In this document: positions 13,826 to 27,281 of the stretch, one piece after another | How the letters are laid out: every line of letters begins with the position of its first letter | Position numbering within the stretch: the stretch's first letter is position 1 | Assembly: GCA_002471575.1 (NCBI GenBank) | Contig: DKQG01000050.1 | Location: forward strand, 9,813-73,812 | Origin: Alphaproteobacteria bacterium UBA7314 | GTDB taxonomy: Bacteria; Pseudomonadota; Alphaproteobacteria; MPNO01; UBA830 | DNA length: 64,000 bases | Reading direction: 5' to 3' | Notes under the pieces: generated by a model | Told to the model about the DNA's origin: nothing | The model's input: only the letters and a program-made list of their open reading frames with translations | Database searches by the model: none | Translations under genes and position numbers: made by a program

Positions 13826-14533
13826 GTGAGCGGGCCCGCGGACGACGCCGCCGAATTCCAGCCCGACGCGCTGACATCCGAAACCGTTTCGGCGTGGCTG
13901 CGCCGGCATCCGGACTTTCTTCAGGATAACCCGGAAGTGCTGACATTCCTGACGCCGCCGGAATTCAAACGCGGCGAGCGCATCCTCGACATGCAGCGTT
14001 TCATGCTCGACAAGGTTCAGGCAGAACTGGCCGGATTGCGTCGGCGGGAAAAGCAGCTTCTGCAGGCTGCCGAAGGCAATGCCGCGGGGCAGTCGAAAAT
14101 TCATCAGGCGGTCGCCGCGATCGTCGAGGCCCCTGACATTCACGCGCTGAACAGCCTGATCCGGACCAAGTTGCCCGCCCTGCTCGACCTCGAATCCGCG
14201 GTTCTGTGCATCGAAAAGACCGGCGCGCTGGCGCTAGCCGGTGCAAACCCCATCGGCGCCGGCGGAATCGCCAATCTGCTGGGGCGTAAACAGCGTGTCC
14301 TGTTGCAGGAAAAAACGGCCGGCGAGCCGCTAATCTTCGGCGACGAGGCAGACCGCGTGAAATCCGTCGCCTATCTGCGCCTGCGGACAGGCGGCAATTC
14401 GCCGGAGATGCTGCTGGCGCTGGGATCGGGACGGGATGACGGGTTCGACCCGCGCCAGGCAACCGACCTGATCCTGTTTTTCGCAGATATCCTGGAAACC
14501 CGGATCAAGCAGTGCCTGGGACCGACAAGCTGA
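13826..14533 (+). CDS. DUF484-family protein (YigA-like), xerC partner
   Basis: The motif AWLRRHPDFLQDNPEVL is conserved. DUF484 genes classically sit immediately upstream of xerC. The ORF-track start at 13706 would overlap tal, so I place the start at the in-frame GTG at 13826, just after the tal stop. Confidence 0.65.
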   Translation: MSGPADDAAEFQPDALTSETVSAWLRRHPDFLQDNPEVLTFLTPPEFKRGERILDMQRFMLDKVQAELAGLRRREKQLLQAAEGNAAGQSKIHQAVAAIVEAPDIHALNSLIRTKLPALLDLESAVLCIEKTGALALAGANPIGAGGIANLLGRKQRVLLQEKTAGEPLIFGDEADRVKSVAYLRLRTGGNSPEMLLALGSGRDDGFDPRQATDLILFFADILETRIKQCLGPTS

Positions 14534-15465
14534 TCTGTTTTTACGCCACGGCGGATCTGCTGGCGGCGCTGGAAGACTGGCAGCGCTGGCTGACTGCCGA
14601 ACGCCGAACCTCCCGGCATACCGTCGACGCCTATTGCAGGGACGTAGCGTCATTCCTTGAATTCATCCGCGACCATCGTGGCGAGACTGCCGATTTAGCG
14701 ATACTGGCGGCGCTGACGCCTGCCGATTTCCGCGCCTGGCTCGCCGCGCGGCTGAATCTCGGACTGTCCCGCACCTCCATCACCCGCGCTATGTCGGCAT
14801 TGCGCAATCTATTCCGATTTCTCGACCGGACCGGGCGGGTCGACAACCAGGCGCTGTCTGCCGTCAAGGCACCCAAGCCGCCAAAATCGGTACCGAAACC
14901 GCTCAATGCCGACGATGCGCTGGCGCTGCTGCGCCGTGCCGTGGAAATCGCGCCGGCACCGTGGATCGGCGCCCGCGACGTCGCGATCCTGACGCTGCTC
15001 TATGGCTGCGGCTTGCGCATCGACGAAGCGCTGAGCCTGAACCAGGGCGACGCGCCATCCGGGGACACAATGATGATCATGGGCAAGGGCAACAAGGAAC
15101 GCATCGTTCCAGTGCTGCCCGTCGTGATCGACACCGTGCACAGCTATCGGGACACCTGTCCCTATTCGACCGACGCCGACAGGCCGCTGTTCTACGGTGC
15201 TCGCGGCGCACGACTGAATCCCGGGATTGTGCAGCGGACCATGCGCACCCTGCGTGCCGATCTGGGCCTGCCCGACACCGCGACGCCGCATGCGCTGCGC
15301 CATAGTTTCGCGACCCACCTGCTGGCTGGCGGCGGCGACCTGCGCACCATTCAGGAACTGCTTGGCCACGCGTCGCTGTCGACGACACAACGCTACACCG
15401 ATGTCGACACCCAGAAACTGATCGAAGTCTACGACCGTGCCCACCCCCGCGCTGCCTCCCGATGA
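14512..15465 (+). CDS. xerC: Tyrosine site-specific recombinase XerC
   Basis: 317 aa with the C-terminal catalytic box HALRHSFATHLLAGGGDLRTIQELLGHASLSTTQRYT, where the last Y is the nucleophile. A DUF484 gene lies upstream as in E. coli yigA-xerC. The exact start is uncertain. Confidence 0.85.
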   Translation: MPGTDKLICFYATADLLAALEDWQRWLTAERRTSRHTVDAYCRDVASFLEFIRDHRGETADLAILAALTPADFRAWLAARLNLGLSRTSITRAMSALRNLFRFLDRTGRVDNQALSAVKAPKPPKSVPKPLNADDALALLRRAVEIAPAPWIGARDVAILTLLYGCGLRIDEALSLNQGDAPSGDTMMIMGKGNKERIVPVLPVVIDTVHSYRDTCPYSTDADRPLFYGARGARLNPGIVQRTMRTLRADLGLPDTATPHALRHSFATHLLAGGGDLRTIQELLGHASLSTTQRYTDVDTQKLIEVYDRAHPRAASR

Positions 15466-15631
15466 ACTGCTGGCGTAGAAACGCACCGGCACTCTTGCCG
15501 GCGCCGCTAGCAGAGTAAAAAATGTTCGGCGGCATCAGCAAGGTATTGTCGCAGCGCGACATGGCTGTGGGCCCGGCCGGAGGCGATCAGACTTCGGGCC
15601 GATCTGGAAAAACAGGATTAGGTTCGGCGGG

Positions 15632-15877
15632 TTACTTTTTGCCAAAGGCGCTCGGCGCGGGCCTCGGCTTCGTCGTATTTTTCAGCGAATTTTGGATAGC
15701 GGGTTGCAGCTTTTCAAGCTGGCGCTGCGCACATGCCGATTCCCGCGAAAGCAGAATAAGTCCGGTCAGCAGAAACAGAATGCCCTGCAGAACAGGCAGG
15801 AAGATTCCCAAAACCCCGAAGACGACGATGTACCAGCCGAGTCCGAGGACAATGTAGCGCGTGAGCGAGTGAGCCAT
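15632..15877 (-). CDS. Small inner-membrane protein, DUF454/YbaN family
   Basis: 81 aa with two hydrophobic helices (VLGLGWYIVVFGVLGIFLPVLQGILFLLTGLILLSRES) typical of YbaN-like proteins. Confidence 0.55.
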   Translation of the reverse strand: MAHSLTRYIVLGLGWYIVVFGVLGIFLPVLQGILFLLTGLILLSRESACAQRQLEKLQPAIQNSLKNTTKPRPAPSAFGKK

Positions 15878-15880
15878 CCG

Positions 15881-17287
15881 CTAGATATGGATAGGCGAGC
15901 CCTCAACGCCAAGGGCTGCTTCCTTGACCGCCTCGTTCAGCGTCGGATGGGCATGGCATGTCCGCGCGACATCTTCTGATGAAGCGCCGAACTCCATGGC
16001 CAGCGCCAGTTCCGCGATCAGCGTGCCGGCGTCCGGGCCGATGATGTGAACGCCGAGCACTTCGTCGGTTGCCGCGTCGGCCAGGATCTTCACGAAGCCT
16101 TCGGTATCGCCATTGGCCCGCGCCCGGGAATTCGCCATGAACGGGAAGCTGCCCTTGCTGTAATCGACGCCGGCCTCTTTGAGCTGTTCTTCCGTCCTGC
16201 CGACGGAGGCCGCTTCCGGCCAAGTGTACACGACCGACGGAATGGCGTCGTAATTGATGTGGGTCGCCTGACCCGCCAGGTGTTCGACGCAGGCAATGCC
16301 CTCTTCCTCGGCCTTGTGGGCCAGCATGGCGCCGGGAATGACGTCGCCGATGGCATAGATGCCGTCGACACTGGTCTTGAAATGTTCGTCGACCTGGATG
16401 ACGCCACGCTGGTCCATCTCCACCCCGACGTGGTCGAGGCCGAGACCTTCGGTAAACGGGATGCGGCCGATCGACACCAGCACCACATCGCATTTGATGT
16501 CTTCGGCATCGCCGTCGGCCGCCGGTTCGACCATCAGGGTGACCTGGGTCTTGGTCGTTTTTGCCCCCGTCACCTTGGTGCCGAGCCTGAACTCCATGCC
16601 CTGTTTCGCTAGCGTCTTTTGCAGAGCGGTGCCAACCTCGGTATCCATGTTCGGGACGATCGCGTCGAGGAATTCGACGACCGTCACCTTCGATCCCAGG
16701 CGGCGCCAGACCGAGCCCATCTCAAGCCCGATATACCCGCCGCCGACAACCACGAGATGCTTCGGCACTTTCGACAGCGACAGCGCGCCGGTGGACGACA
16801 CGATTTTGTCTTCGTCGATCTCAACGCCCGGAAGCGGCGCGACTTCGGAGCCGGTGGCGATCAGGATATTCTTCGCCGTATAGGTCTCGGTACCGCTGTC
16901 GTCCATCACCTCGACCTCGCCGGGCTTGGTGATTTTCGCCGCGCCGGTGATACCTGTGACCTTGTTCTTCTTGAACAGGAACCCGATGCCCTTTGTCAGA
17001 TCGTCGACCACCTTGTCCTTGCGCGCCATCAGTGTCTTCAGGTCGAGCTCCACCTTGCCGACGTTCACCCCGTGTTCGGCCAGGTGGTCCTGGGCTTCCT
17101 CGAACTTTTCCGACGAATGCAGCAGCGCCTTGGACGGAATGCAGCCCACGTTCAGGCAGGTGCCACCCCAGTTGCCGCGCTTGTCGATACATGCGGTTTT
17201 CAGGCCGAGCTGGGCGGCACGTATCGCCGCGACGTAGCCGCCGGGCCCTGCCCCGACCACGATCAGGTCGAAATGGGAATCGCTCAT
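15881..17287 (-). CDS. lpdA: Dihydrolipoyl dehydrogenase (E3 component)
   Basis: 468 aa with FAD-binding GAGPGGY and the redox disulfide GGTCLNVGCIPSK. It sits downstream of sucAB. Confidence 0.95.
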   Translation of the reverse strand: MSDSHFDLIVVGAGPGGYVAAIRAAQLGLKTACIDKRGNWGGTCLNVGCIPSKALLHSSEKFEEAQDHLAEHGVNVGKVELDLKTLMARKDKVVDDLTKGIGFLFKKNKVTGITGAAKITKPGEVEVMDDSGTETYTAKNILIATGSEVAPLPGVEIDEDKIVSSTGALSLSKVPKHLVVVGGGYIGLEMGSVWRRLGSKVTVVEFLDAIVPNMDTEVGTALQKTLAKQGMEFRLGTKVTGAKTTKTQVTLMVEPAADGDAEDIKCDVVLVSIGRIPFTEGLGLDHVGVEMDQRGVIQVDEHFKTSVDGIYAIGDVIPGAMLAHKAEEEGIACVEHLAGQATHINYDAIPSVVYTWPEAASVGRTEEQLKEAGVDYSKGSFPFMANSRARANGDTEGFVKILADAATDEVLGVHIIGPDAGTLIAELALAMEFGASSEDVARTCHAHPTLNEAVKEAALGVEGSPIHI

Positions 17288-17301
17288 ATTTTCGCCTCTA
17301 A

Positions 17302-18549
17302 CTAAACAGCCAGGAGGATACGCTCAGGATCCTCGATGCATTCCTTGACACGAACGAGGAACGTAACCGCCTCGCGGCCGTCGATGATACGGTGATCATA
17401 GGACAAGGCCACATACATCATGGGCCGGATTTCGATGGAATCGCCGACCGCGACGGGGCGCCGGTCAATCTTATGCATGCCGAGAATGCCAGATTGCGGC
17501 GGGTTGATAATCGGCGTGGACATCAGCGAACCGTAGACGCCGCCATTGGTGATGGTGAATGTGCCGCCGGTCAGTTCATCAATGCCGAGCTTCCCATCGC
17601 GTGCCTTTAAGCCCAGATCGGTGATCCTTTTCTCGACCTCGGCGAAGGACTGCTTGTCGGCATCGCGCAGCACCGGCACGACGAGGCCCTGTTCGGTGCC
17701 GACCGCGACGCCGATATCGTAGTAGTTCTTGTAGATCAGTTCGTCTCCGTCGATTTCGGCATTGACAGCCGGCAGCTCCTTGAGCGCGACAATGCAAGCC
17801 TTGACGAAGAACGACATGAAACCGAGGCGGCAGCCATGGCGCTTTTCGAAATCGTCCTGGAATTTCCTGCGCGCCGCCATGACGTTGGTCATGTCGATCT
17901 CATTGAACGTGGTCAGCATGGCCGCCGTGTTCTGGGCCTCCTTCAGCCGTTCGGCGATACGCTGACGCAGCCGGGTCATCTTTACCCGTTCCTCGCGCGG
18001 ATCCTCGGCGCGGGCCTCTGACGGTGCCGCGGGATGCGCGGGCGCGGGTTGCGCGGCCGGGATGGCAGTGGCGCCGTCGTCCTTCATGAACAGCAGCACG
18101 TCACCCTTGGTGAGGCGCCCGTCCTTGCCGGTACCGGTAATCTCCGACGGATCGAGATTGTTTTCCTCGACCAGTTTGCGCACAGCGGGCGACAACTTGT
18201 TGCTGTCATCATCCGATGCGGGGGCCGCAAGCGCGGCCGCCGCGGCCGGTTCCATTTTTTCCGCTTTTGCGGAAATCTCGGCGGGCTGTTCTTTCTTCGC
18301 CGGGGCCGCGCCGCCTTCGCCGATCATCCCCAGCAGGGCGCCGACCTCGACGTTATCGCCTTCCTTGGCGGTGATCTCGCTCAGCGTGCCGGCGGCCGAG
18401 GCGTTCACTTCCAACGTCACCTTATCGGTTTCCAGCTCGAGAATCGGCTCGTCCACGGCGACGGCATCGCCTTTCGCCTTGAACCATTTTGCGACCGTTG
18501 CCTCGGTGACGGATTCGCCGAGCGTCGGAACTGTGATTTCAGTAGCCAT
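17302..18549 (-). CDS. sucB: Dihydrolipoamide succinyltransferase (E2 of 2-oxoglutarate dehydrogenase)
   Basis: 415 aa with an N-terminal lipoyl domain (the lipoyl lysine lies in [12 protein letters not shown]), an Ala/Pro linker and a C-terminal catalytic domain ending [13 protein letters not shown]. Confidence 0.93.
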   Translation of the reverse strand: MATEITVPTLGESVTEATVAKWFKAKGDAVAVDEPILELETDKVTLEVNASAAGTLSEITAKEGDNVEVGALLGMIGEGGAAPAKKEQPAEISAKAEKMEPAAAAALAAPASDDDSNKLSPAVRKLVEENNLDPSEITGTGKDGRLTKGDVLLFMKDDGATAIPAAQPAPAHPAAPSEARAEDPREERVKMTRLRQRIAERLKEAQNTAAMLTTFNEIDMTNVMAARRKFQDDFEKRHGCRLGFMSFFVKACIVALKELPAVNAEIDGDELIYKNYYDIGVAVGTEQGLVVPVLRDADKQSFAEVEKRITDLGLKARDGKLGIDELTGGTFTITNGGVYGSLMSTPIINPPQSGILGMHKIDRRPVAVGDSIEIRPMMYVALSYDHRIIDGREAVTFLVRVKECIEDPERILLAV

Positions 18550-18584
18550 GTGCGTTTTACTCCCGCAGCGGAATGTTGATCAGG

Positions 18585-21476
18585 TCAGGTGATGAGGGCT
18601 TCCTCGACCAGCGCCTGCTGTTCACTGGTGTGTTTGCCGAATGACCCCGTCGCCGGAGACGCCGCTTCGGGCCGACCAGCATAGACCGGGCGTTCGGCCT
18701 TGATATGAACATTGCCCAGAAGTTCCTCGATCCGCCGGTCGAGATAGGTCCACGCGCCCATGTTCTTCGGTTCTTCCTGGCACCAGACGACATCGGCATT
18801 GGGATATTTCTTCAGCTCTTTGGCCAGCGACACGCTGGGGAACGGATAAAGCTGTTCCATCCGTATCAGCGCAACATTGGAAATATTCATTTCGTCTCGC
18901 GCCGCTAGCAGGTCGTAATAGACCTTGCCGCTGCAAAGCACGACGCGCTTTACCTTGGTGCACGCGACCAGATCGCCGGTTTCGGGCAACACCCTGTTGA
19001 ACGACGTGCCGGGGCCGAATTCTTCAAGCTTCGATACCGCCTGCTTGTGCCGCAGCAGCGATTTCGGCGTTACGATCACCAGCGGCTTACGAAATTCACG
19101 CCGAATTTGCCGACGGAGCGCATGAAAGTAATTCGCCGGCGTCGTGATGTTGCAGACCTGCCAGTTGTCTTCCGCGCAGAGTTGGAGATAGCGTTCCAGA
19201 CGGGCTGAAGAATGCTCCGGACCCTGCCCTTCGAAGCCGTGCGGCAGCAACATCACCAGACCCGACATGCGCAACCACTTGGATTCACCGGACGAGATGA
19301 ACTGGTCGAAAATGAACTGCGCGCCATTGGCGAAATCGCCGAACTGCGCTTCCCACATCACCAGAACGTCCGGATCGGCAAGCGAGAGGCCGTATTCGAA
19401 ACCCAGCACGGCCGCTTCCGACAGCGTCGAATTACGCGCGATGAACTTTGCCTGTTCGCCGGGACGGATCTGTTCCAGCGGGATGAACGGCGCTTCAGTT
19501 TCCTGATCGGTGAGAACGACGTGGCGCTGCGAGAACGTGCCGCGGGCAACGTCCTGGCCGCTCAGCCTAACCAGGTGGCCTTCGGTCAACAGCGTGCCGA
19601 AGGCCAAGGATTCACCGGTCGCCCAGTCGATGCGTTCGCCGGCTTCCAGCGCCTTTCTGCGGTTGTCAAAGAACCGCCGGAGCTTGCTGTTCAGGTTAAA
19701 ATCTTTCGGCACGGTCGAGATCGCCTCGCCGACCTCCATCAGCAGGTCCTGCGACACGTCGGTCTGACCCTTGCGTTCCTCCGTGGACGGGGCGGTCGTC
19801 AGCCCTTGCCACTTGCCTTCCAGCCAGTCGGCCTTGTTCGGCTTGTAGGATTTCGATGCTTCGAAATCCTCGTCCAGCCGAGCGCGGACTTTTTCCTGAA
19901 TCTCGACAACCTGATCCGCGGTAACCACGCCTTCGGCGATCAGCTGATCGGCGTAGATTTCACGCACCGTCGGATGATCCGCGATGGCGCGGTACATTCT
20001 CGGCTGCGTGAACGCCGGCTCGTCGCCCTCGTTGTGGCCGAAGCGGCGGTAGCACCACATGTCGATGACCACGTCTTTGCGGAATTCATTGCGGAATTCG
20101 GTAGCGATGCGCGCGACGTGGATGACCGCCTCGACGTCGTCGCCGTTGACGTGAAAGATCGGCGCCTGCGCCATCTTTCCGATTTCCGTCGGATAGCGCG
20201 AGCTTCGGGTCGCCGCTGGATTGGTGGTGAAGCCGATCTGATTATTGACGACGACGTGGATCGTGCCGCCCGTTCGGTAGCCCTTGATGTCGGACAGGCC
20301 AAAGGTTTCAGCGACGATGCCCTGACCGCCGAACGCGGCGTCGCCATGCATCAGCAGGCCCAGCACCTTGCGCCGTTCCTTGTCGCCGCGCTGACGCTGT
20401 TTGGCGCGGACCTTGCCGACCACCACGGGATCGACCGCTTCGAGATGCGACGGGTTGGCGGCCAGCGACAGGTGAACCTGCTTGCCGTCGAACTCCCGGT
20501 CGGCGGACGTGCCGAGATGATATTTGACATCGCCCGACCCCTGGACTTCTTCCGGCGTCGCCGCCGTGCCCTGGAATTCGGAGAAGATCGCCGCGAACGG
20601 TTTGTTCATGACATTGGCGAGCACGTTCAGCCGGCCGCGATGAGGCATGCCGATGACGACTTCCTCGACGCCGAGCTGGCTGCCGCGTTTCAGGATCTGT
20701 TCCAGCCCGGGCACCAGCGCCTCCCCGCCGTCGAGCCCGAAACGCTTGGTCCCGGTGTGTTTCACGTGCAGGAACTGTTCGAACTGTTCCGCCTCAGTCA
20801 GACGTTCGAGTATGGTCACCTTCCCGATATCGGTAAAATCGGTCTGATTGCCGATCGCCTCGATCCGGTCCTGAATCCAGACCTTTTCCTCAGTCGAGGT
20901 GATATGCATGTACTCGACGCCGATATGACCGCAGTAGGTCGACCGCACGCGTTCGACGATATCGCGCAGCGGTGCCTTTTCGCCAAGACCGAGCCGGTCG
21001 TGGATATAGATCTCGCGGTCGTAATCCACCTCCGAGAATCCGTAGGATTCAGGGTCGAGCTCGGTATGGCTGAGCGGCTGTTCCAGACCCAGCGGATCGA
21101 GCTCGGCGTAAAGATGCCCGCGCACGCGGTGCGACCTGATGATCATCAGCGCCTGTATGGAATCGCGGGTGACGTCGCTGAGATTCGCGCCGTGGCTGCC
21201 CGGCGCGGTGGCGCCGTTGGTGCTGAGCACCTCGGCCCCGATCACCGCCGTTTCGCGCGGCGACCAGCTGGCCCCGATCAGATCCTTCAGGACATCCGGT
21301 GCCTCGTCCTTCAGTTCTTCGAAGAACGTCGCCCATTCGGGATCCACCGTCGCCGGCTTTTCGAGATAGCGTGCGTAAAGCTCAGCAACGAATGTACTAT
21401 TCGCACTGGTAAGAAAAGAAGTCCGTTCTAGCAGTCCGGTCATGACGTCTGGCGGCTCTGGCGCCGTCCCTTTCAA
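18585..21476 (-). CDS. sucA: 2-oxoglutarate dehydrogenase E1 component
   Basis: 963 aa with the TPP-binding region and the conserved N-terminus SFLTSANSTFVAELYARYL. The true start may be the Met at 21443. Confidence 0.95.
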   Translation of the reverse strand: MKGTAPEPPDVMTGLLERTSFLTSANSTFVAELYARYLEKPATVDPEWATFFEELKDEAPDVLKDLIGASWSPRETAVIGAEVLSTNGATAPGSHGANLSDVTRDSIQALMIIRSHRVRGHLYAELDPLGLEQPLSHTELDPESYGFSEVDYDREIYIHDRLGLGEKAPLRDIVERVRSTYCGHIGVEYMHITSTEEKVWIQDRIEAIGNQTDFTDIGKVTILERLTEAEQFEQFLHVKHTGTKRFGLDGGEALVPGLEQILKRGSQLGVEEVVIGMPHRGRLNVLANVMNKPFAAIFSEFQGTAATPEEVQGSGDVKYHLGTSADREFDGKQVHLSLAANPSHLEAVDPVVVGKVRAKQRQRGDKERRKVLGLLMHGDAAFGGQGIVAETFGLSDIKGYRTGGTIHVVVNNQIGFTTNPAATRSSRYPTEIGKMAQAPIFHVNGDDVEAVIHVARIATEFRNEFRKDVVIDMWCYRRFGHNEGDEPAFTQPRMYRAIADHPTVREIYADQLIAEGVVTADQVVEIQEKVRARLDEDFEASKSYKPNKADWLEGKWQGLTTAPSTEERKGQTDVSQDLLMEVGEAISTVPKDFNLNSKLRRFFDNRRKALEAGERIDWATGESLAFGTLLTEGHLVRLSGQDVARGTFSQRHVVLTDQETEAPFIPLEQIRPGEQAKFIARNSTLSEAAVLGFEYGLSLADPDVLVMWEAQFGDFANGAQFIFDQFISSGESKWLRMSGLVMLLPHGFEGQGPEHSSARLERYLQLCAEDNWQVCNITTPANYFHALRRQIRREFRKPLVIVTPKSLLRHKQAVSKLEEFGPGTSFNRVLPETGDLVACTKVKRVVLCSGKVYYDLLAARDEMNISNVALIRMEQLYPFPSVSLAKELKKYPNADVVWCQEEPKNMGAWTYLDRRIEELLGNVHIKAERPVYAGRPEAASPATGSFGKHTSEQQALVEEALIT

Positions 21477-21516
21477 TGCTACTTCACCGGAAAACGCCGG
21501 CGCGGCAAGCCCCGTC

Positions 21517-23588
<2,072 letters not shown>

Positions 23589-23714
23589 ATCGTATCCGTA
23601 TGCTCCTGCGGCATTGCAAAAACGTAAACAAAGTGTGTTAAGCGATCATTAACCATAATTTCGACGGCCAGACTCGCTCCGGCGCAACCTTCACCGACAC
23701 GTCACGAAAAAGGT

Positions 23715-24758
<1,044 letters not shown>

Positions 24759-24883
24759 CTAACGCCGTTAACCACCGAGGGCAAGCGAAAGCGGCAAATC
24801 GCGTTCATGTTACGAACGATAATTGAGCAACAGGATGAATTCCGCTCAAAATCAACGTCGAATCAGGGATTTGACATATTCAT

Positions 24884-26023
24884 TTAGGCGATACTTCGCG
24901 ACTGTGTGTACTCTTCCGACTGCATTTCAATCAGCCGCGAAGCGGTGCGTTCGAATGCCGCCGCCGTATCACCCTCAGTACAGAGCGCGTCCGGTTCAGC
25001 TTCAGCCGAAATGACCATGTTCACCTTGGCCTCGTACAGCGCATCGATCAGCGTGACCATGCGTTTCGCCTCGTTCCGCTTCGCCGCGGTCAGCAGCGGC
25101 ACATTTGCCAGGACGACCGTATGATAGGCCTTGGCGATGGCCAGATAGTCCGGCGCGCCCAGGGTTTTTTCGCATAGATCGGAGAATTCGAAACGGGCGA
25201 CGCCCTTTGCGGCTTTGGGTACCGCGACGACCCGGCCCATCACGGGTATCTCATCGGCTTCGCCCCCCGCATCGTCGGTCAGCGCTGCAAACGCCACATC
25301 CAAGGCGGCGGCCGCCTCCGGGCCGAGCGGCGTATAGTAAACGCCCATATCGACCAGACGGTCGCGGCGGTAATCACGCTGCGCTTCCAACTCCAGAATA
25401 TTGATCCGGCCTTTAAGCACATCGATAAACGGCAGGAACCGTTCGCGCTGCAGACCGCCCCTGTACAGATTGTCAGGGTGCGTGTTGCTGGTCGCGATCA
25501 CCACCACGCCCTCTTCGAATAGGGCTTCAAACAGCCGCCCGAGGATCATGGCGTCGGCGATATTGTCGACTTGGAATTCGTCAAAGCACAGGAGCCATGT
25601 GTCCTTGGCGATCTCGGCGGCTATTTTAGGCAGCGGGTCCTGCAACTTGCCGTCCTTCTGGCGCCAATCGTGCATTGTGCCGTGCATTTCCAGCATGAAC
25701 TCATGGAAATGCACCCGGCGTTTGTGTTCGCCCGCTACCGCCGAATAAAAAAGGTCCATCAGCATGGATTTGCCGCGACCGACGGGACCGTAGAGATACA
25801 GCCCCTTCGGCGCCGATTTGGCGGGACGCCGGATCAGCCCGAACCGTTCTCGCCAGCCGCCTCCACTTTCGGGTTCGTATTTCAGGAGCGCGTGCCAGAG
25901 CGACTGCAGCTTTTCCACCGCAAGCGCCTGGACAGGGTCGCGATGCAACTCCCCATCGGCGACCAAGGTGCGATAGGCAGTTTGTGGATCGGGAACGGTG
26001 GAGGATGGAGAAATGTCTGACAA
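24884..26023 (-). CDS. zapE: Cell division protein ZapE (AFG1-family ATPase)
   Basis: 379 aa with Walker A GPVGRGKSMLMD, a Walker B LLCFDEF, and ATSNTHPDNLY. Confidence 0.85.
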   Translation of the reverse strand: MSDISPSSTVPDPQTAYRTLVADGELHRDPVQALAVEKLQSLWHALLKYEPESGGGWRERFGLIRRPAKSAPKGLYLYGPVGRGKSMLMDLFYSAVAGEHKRRVHFHEFMLEMHGTMHDWRQKDGKLQDPLPKIAAEIAKDTWLLCFDEFQVDNIADAMILGRLFEALFEEGVVVIATSNTHPDNLYRGGLQRERFLPFIDVLKGRINILELEAQRDYRRDRLVDMGVYYTPLGPEAAAALDVAFAALTDDAGGEADEIPVMGRVVAVPKAAKGVARFEFSDLCEKTLGAPDYLAIAKAYHTVVLANVPLLTAAKRNEAKRMVTLIDALYEAKVNMVISAEAEPDALCTEGDTAAAFERTASRLIEMQSEEYTQSRSIA

Positions 26024-26430
26024 AGCGCGGCATGGATAACGGATTCATGCCACGGATCAAGAAAAATTGCGCGATTTGCCAACCCGGACCTCACCCCCGA
26101 GGGTCGGATACATCCAGATAATGCTAATGCCAATACTTTCGGAAGATAAGAACAATTCCCCGAGGGGACGGCTCGCGTCCGCCGGTATAGAAAACAGGGA
26201 GAGAAACCAGCTTTTCTCCCGCTTGTACTGGTTTGCTATGCTGTTTGTGGCAAGCCAGAGGCGCCGGTTTCGCAGCGGCTCCACTGGGCTGCTTTGGAGG
26301 GCGCCATTGCCGCTCCTCTGCCGATCGGCGGCGGCCATCACGGTCGACCTGCTGTATATTGTGGTTCCGTTGCTGATGTGCATCGCACTTTATCTCGGCC
26401 TCCAGCACGAACGGAAGCACATACTGCAAA

Positions 26431-26466
26431 ACAAAAAAAACGCCGGCCCTTTGATGCGGGCCGGCG
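26431..26466 (-). terminator. Rho-independent terminator downstream of sdhB
   Basis: On the minus strand a GC hairpin CGCCGGCCCGCATCAAAGGGCCGGCG is followed by eight T's, about 25 nt after the sdhB stop. Confidence 0.7.
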
Positions 26467-26491
26467 CAATCTCTCGTAAGCAGGACCTAAA

Positions 26492-27271
26492 TCAGCGCCG
26501 CGCAACCATCGCCTGCTTGATTTCGCCGATTGCCTTGGCGGGGTTGAGATCCTTCGGGCAGGTCTTAGTACAATTCATAATGGTGTGGCAGCGGTACAAC
26601 CGGAACGGATCTTCCAGTTCGTCCAGCCGCTCACCTGTCGCTTCGTCTCGCGAATCCTGAATCCAGCGATTGGCTTGCAGCAGGATCGCTGGGCCAAGAT
26701 AGCGGTCGCCATTCCACCAGTAACTGGGGCAGCTCGTCGAGCAGCAGAAACACAAGATACATTCCCACATCCCGTCCAGCTTTTTGCGTTCTTCAGGCGA
26801 TTGCAGGCGCTCCTTGCCCGGCGTCGGCTGGGTGTCAGATTTGAGCCACGGTTCGATCGACCGGTACTGCGCGTACACCTGAGTAAGGTCGGGCACTAGG
26901 TCCTTTACCACGGGCATGTGCGGCAGCGGGTAGACCTTAACGTCGTCTTTCACGTCATCAATATACTTCGTGCAGGCCAGCGTGTTAGTGCCGTCAATGT
27001 TCATCGCGCAGGATCCGCAAACGCCTTCGCGGCAGGACCGGCGGAACGTCAGGGTCGAATCGACCTCGTTCTTGATCTTGATCACTGCGTCGAGAACCAT
27101 CGGTCCGCAGTCGTCCATGTCGACCTCGTAGGTATCGACCTGAGGGGTCTTTCCGTCATCACCGTTCCAGCGATAGATCCGGAAGGTTTTGGTGTTTTTC
27201 GCCCCCTCCGGCGCGGGCCAGGTTTTGCCCTCGCGGATTTTGGAATTGGCGGGAAGTGTGAATTCGGCCAT
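26492..27271 (-). CDS. sdhB: Succinate dehydrogenase iron-sulfur subunit
   Basis: 259 aa with three Fe-S cysteine clusters ([13 protein letters not shown]; [12 protein letters not shown]; [12 protein letters not shown]). Confidence 0.95.
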   Translation of the reverse strand: MAEFTLPANSKIREGKTWPAPEGAKNTKTFRIYRWNGDDGKTPQVDTYEVDMDDCGPMVLDAVIKIKNEVDSTLTFRRSCREGVCGSCAMNIDGTNTLACTKYIDDVKDDVKVYPLPHMPVVKDLVPDLTQVYAQYRSIEPWLKSDTQPTPGKERLQSPEERKKLDGMWECILCFCCSTSCPSYWWNGDRYLGPAILLQANRWIQDSRDEATGERLDELEDPFRLYRCHTIMNCTKTCPKDLNPAKAIGEIKQAMVARR

Positions 27272-27281
27272 TGGTGCGTCC

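Noticed and set aside
18585-21476. Whether the E1 component could be pyruvate dehydrogenase rather than 2-oxoglutarate dehydrogenase
   Set aside because: Its length of about 960 aa, the conserved SucA N-terminus, and its position between sucD and sucB, followed by lpdA, all support sucA.
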